IMG/VR virus record: IMGVR_UViG_3300022235_000070
Length of the DNA: 11,783 bases
Strand: one strand, 5' to 3'
From: a virus
Shown one piece after another: positions 11,491 to 11,783 of the stretch. Position 1 is the first letter of the stretch; each line of letters opens with the position of its first letter. The notes under the pieces were generated by a model, which worked only from the letters and a program-made list of their open reading frames with translations, was not told where the DNA came from and ran no database searches. The position numbers and the translations under genes were made by a program.

Positions 11491-11783
11491 TTGAGCATAT
11501 TCAGCAGACTGTTTGGACGAACGAAGCAGCCAGAGGGAGCTGCCAGGGCCGAAGTATTGAGCGGCAGCCCAGCGTTCTTTACACCATTTAGCGGGAACGC
11601 ATGCGAAAACGATATTTTTAGGGCCGCGGTGGACGCGATAGCCAGGAACGCAGGCAAGCTAAAGGGCCGCCATATCGTTAATTACCAGGGCCAGCGCAAG
11701 GACGGCGACCCTGTACTTAATAGACTTCTGCAGGTGCAGCCTAACCCGTACATGACGGCCTACGACCTGCAATATAAGCTGGT
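11491..11783 (+). CDS. Portal protein N-terminal part (continues at nt 120 after removing the duplicated 119 nt)
   Basis: TTG 11491 lies 5 nt after GGCGGTGA and 2 nt after the CSD stop. The frame is open to the window end and is in frame with nt 1..1029. The track does not list it because it has no stop inside the window. Confidence 0.75.
   Translation, partial: MSIFSRLFGRTKQPEGAARAEVLSGSPAFFTPFSGNACENDIFRAAVDAIARNAGKLKGRHIVNYQGQRKDGDPVLNRLLQVQPNPYMTAYDLQYKL
11665..11783. repeat. Terminal overlap, second copy (identical to 1-119)
   Basis: See the first feature. Confidence 0.95.

Noticed and set aside
1-11783. tRNA, rRNA, toxin-antitoxin or known defence-system genes
   Set aside because: Reading both strands, I found no T-loop/acceptor-type tRNA signature. 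No ORF pair has toxin-antitoxin architecture: the RHH protein has no adjacent toxin-sized partner. No ATPase, nuclease or cyclase ORFs are present beyond TerL, HNH and PrimPol.

Overview
The window closes on itself. Nt 1-119 are identical to nt 11665-11783, so it is one 11,664-bp circular (or concatemer-derived) element plus a 119-nt overlap. Joining the ends restores a 400-codon HK97-type portal ORF. All supported genes are on the + strand, mostly with strong GGAGG-type RBSs and frequent GTG/TTG starts.

Clockwise gene content:
- cold-shock-domain protein, portal, prohead protease, HK97-fold major capsid protein, gp6-like connector, HNH endonuclease
- a putative cos region, then P27-type small terminase, large terminase, head-closure protein, a 76-aa ORF and an RHH protein
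- a roughly 450-nt noncoding block of degenerate direct repeats and palindromes, ending in intrinsic terminators
- an early promoter, then three MerR/excisionase-type HTH proteins and two small unknown ORFs
- a hairpin-dense leader, a helicase-less primase-polymerase, and small Cys-rich/Zn-ribbon ORFs

I see no tail, lysis, integrase/recombinase, tRNA or cas genes. The best reading is a capsid-forming, tail-less phage-satellite-like replicon (comparable to cf-PICIs) that unusually lacks an integrase.

The main noncoding signals are:
- a repeat/palindrome array containing one type I-E-like CRISPR repeat look-alike
- a 25-nt box present twice
- a 17-nt exact direct repeat bracketing the regulation/replication module
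- a cluster of TGTCYA half-sites
- a minus-strand terminator plus plus-strand attenuator upstream of the primase-polymerase, suggesting antisense copy control

All family calls come from reading motifs by eye. No database search or folding computation was possible.
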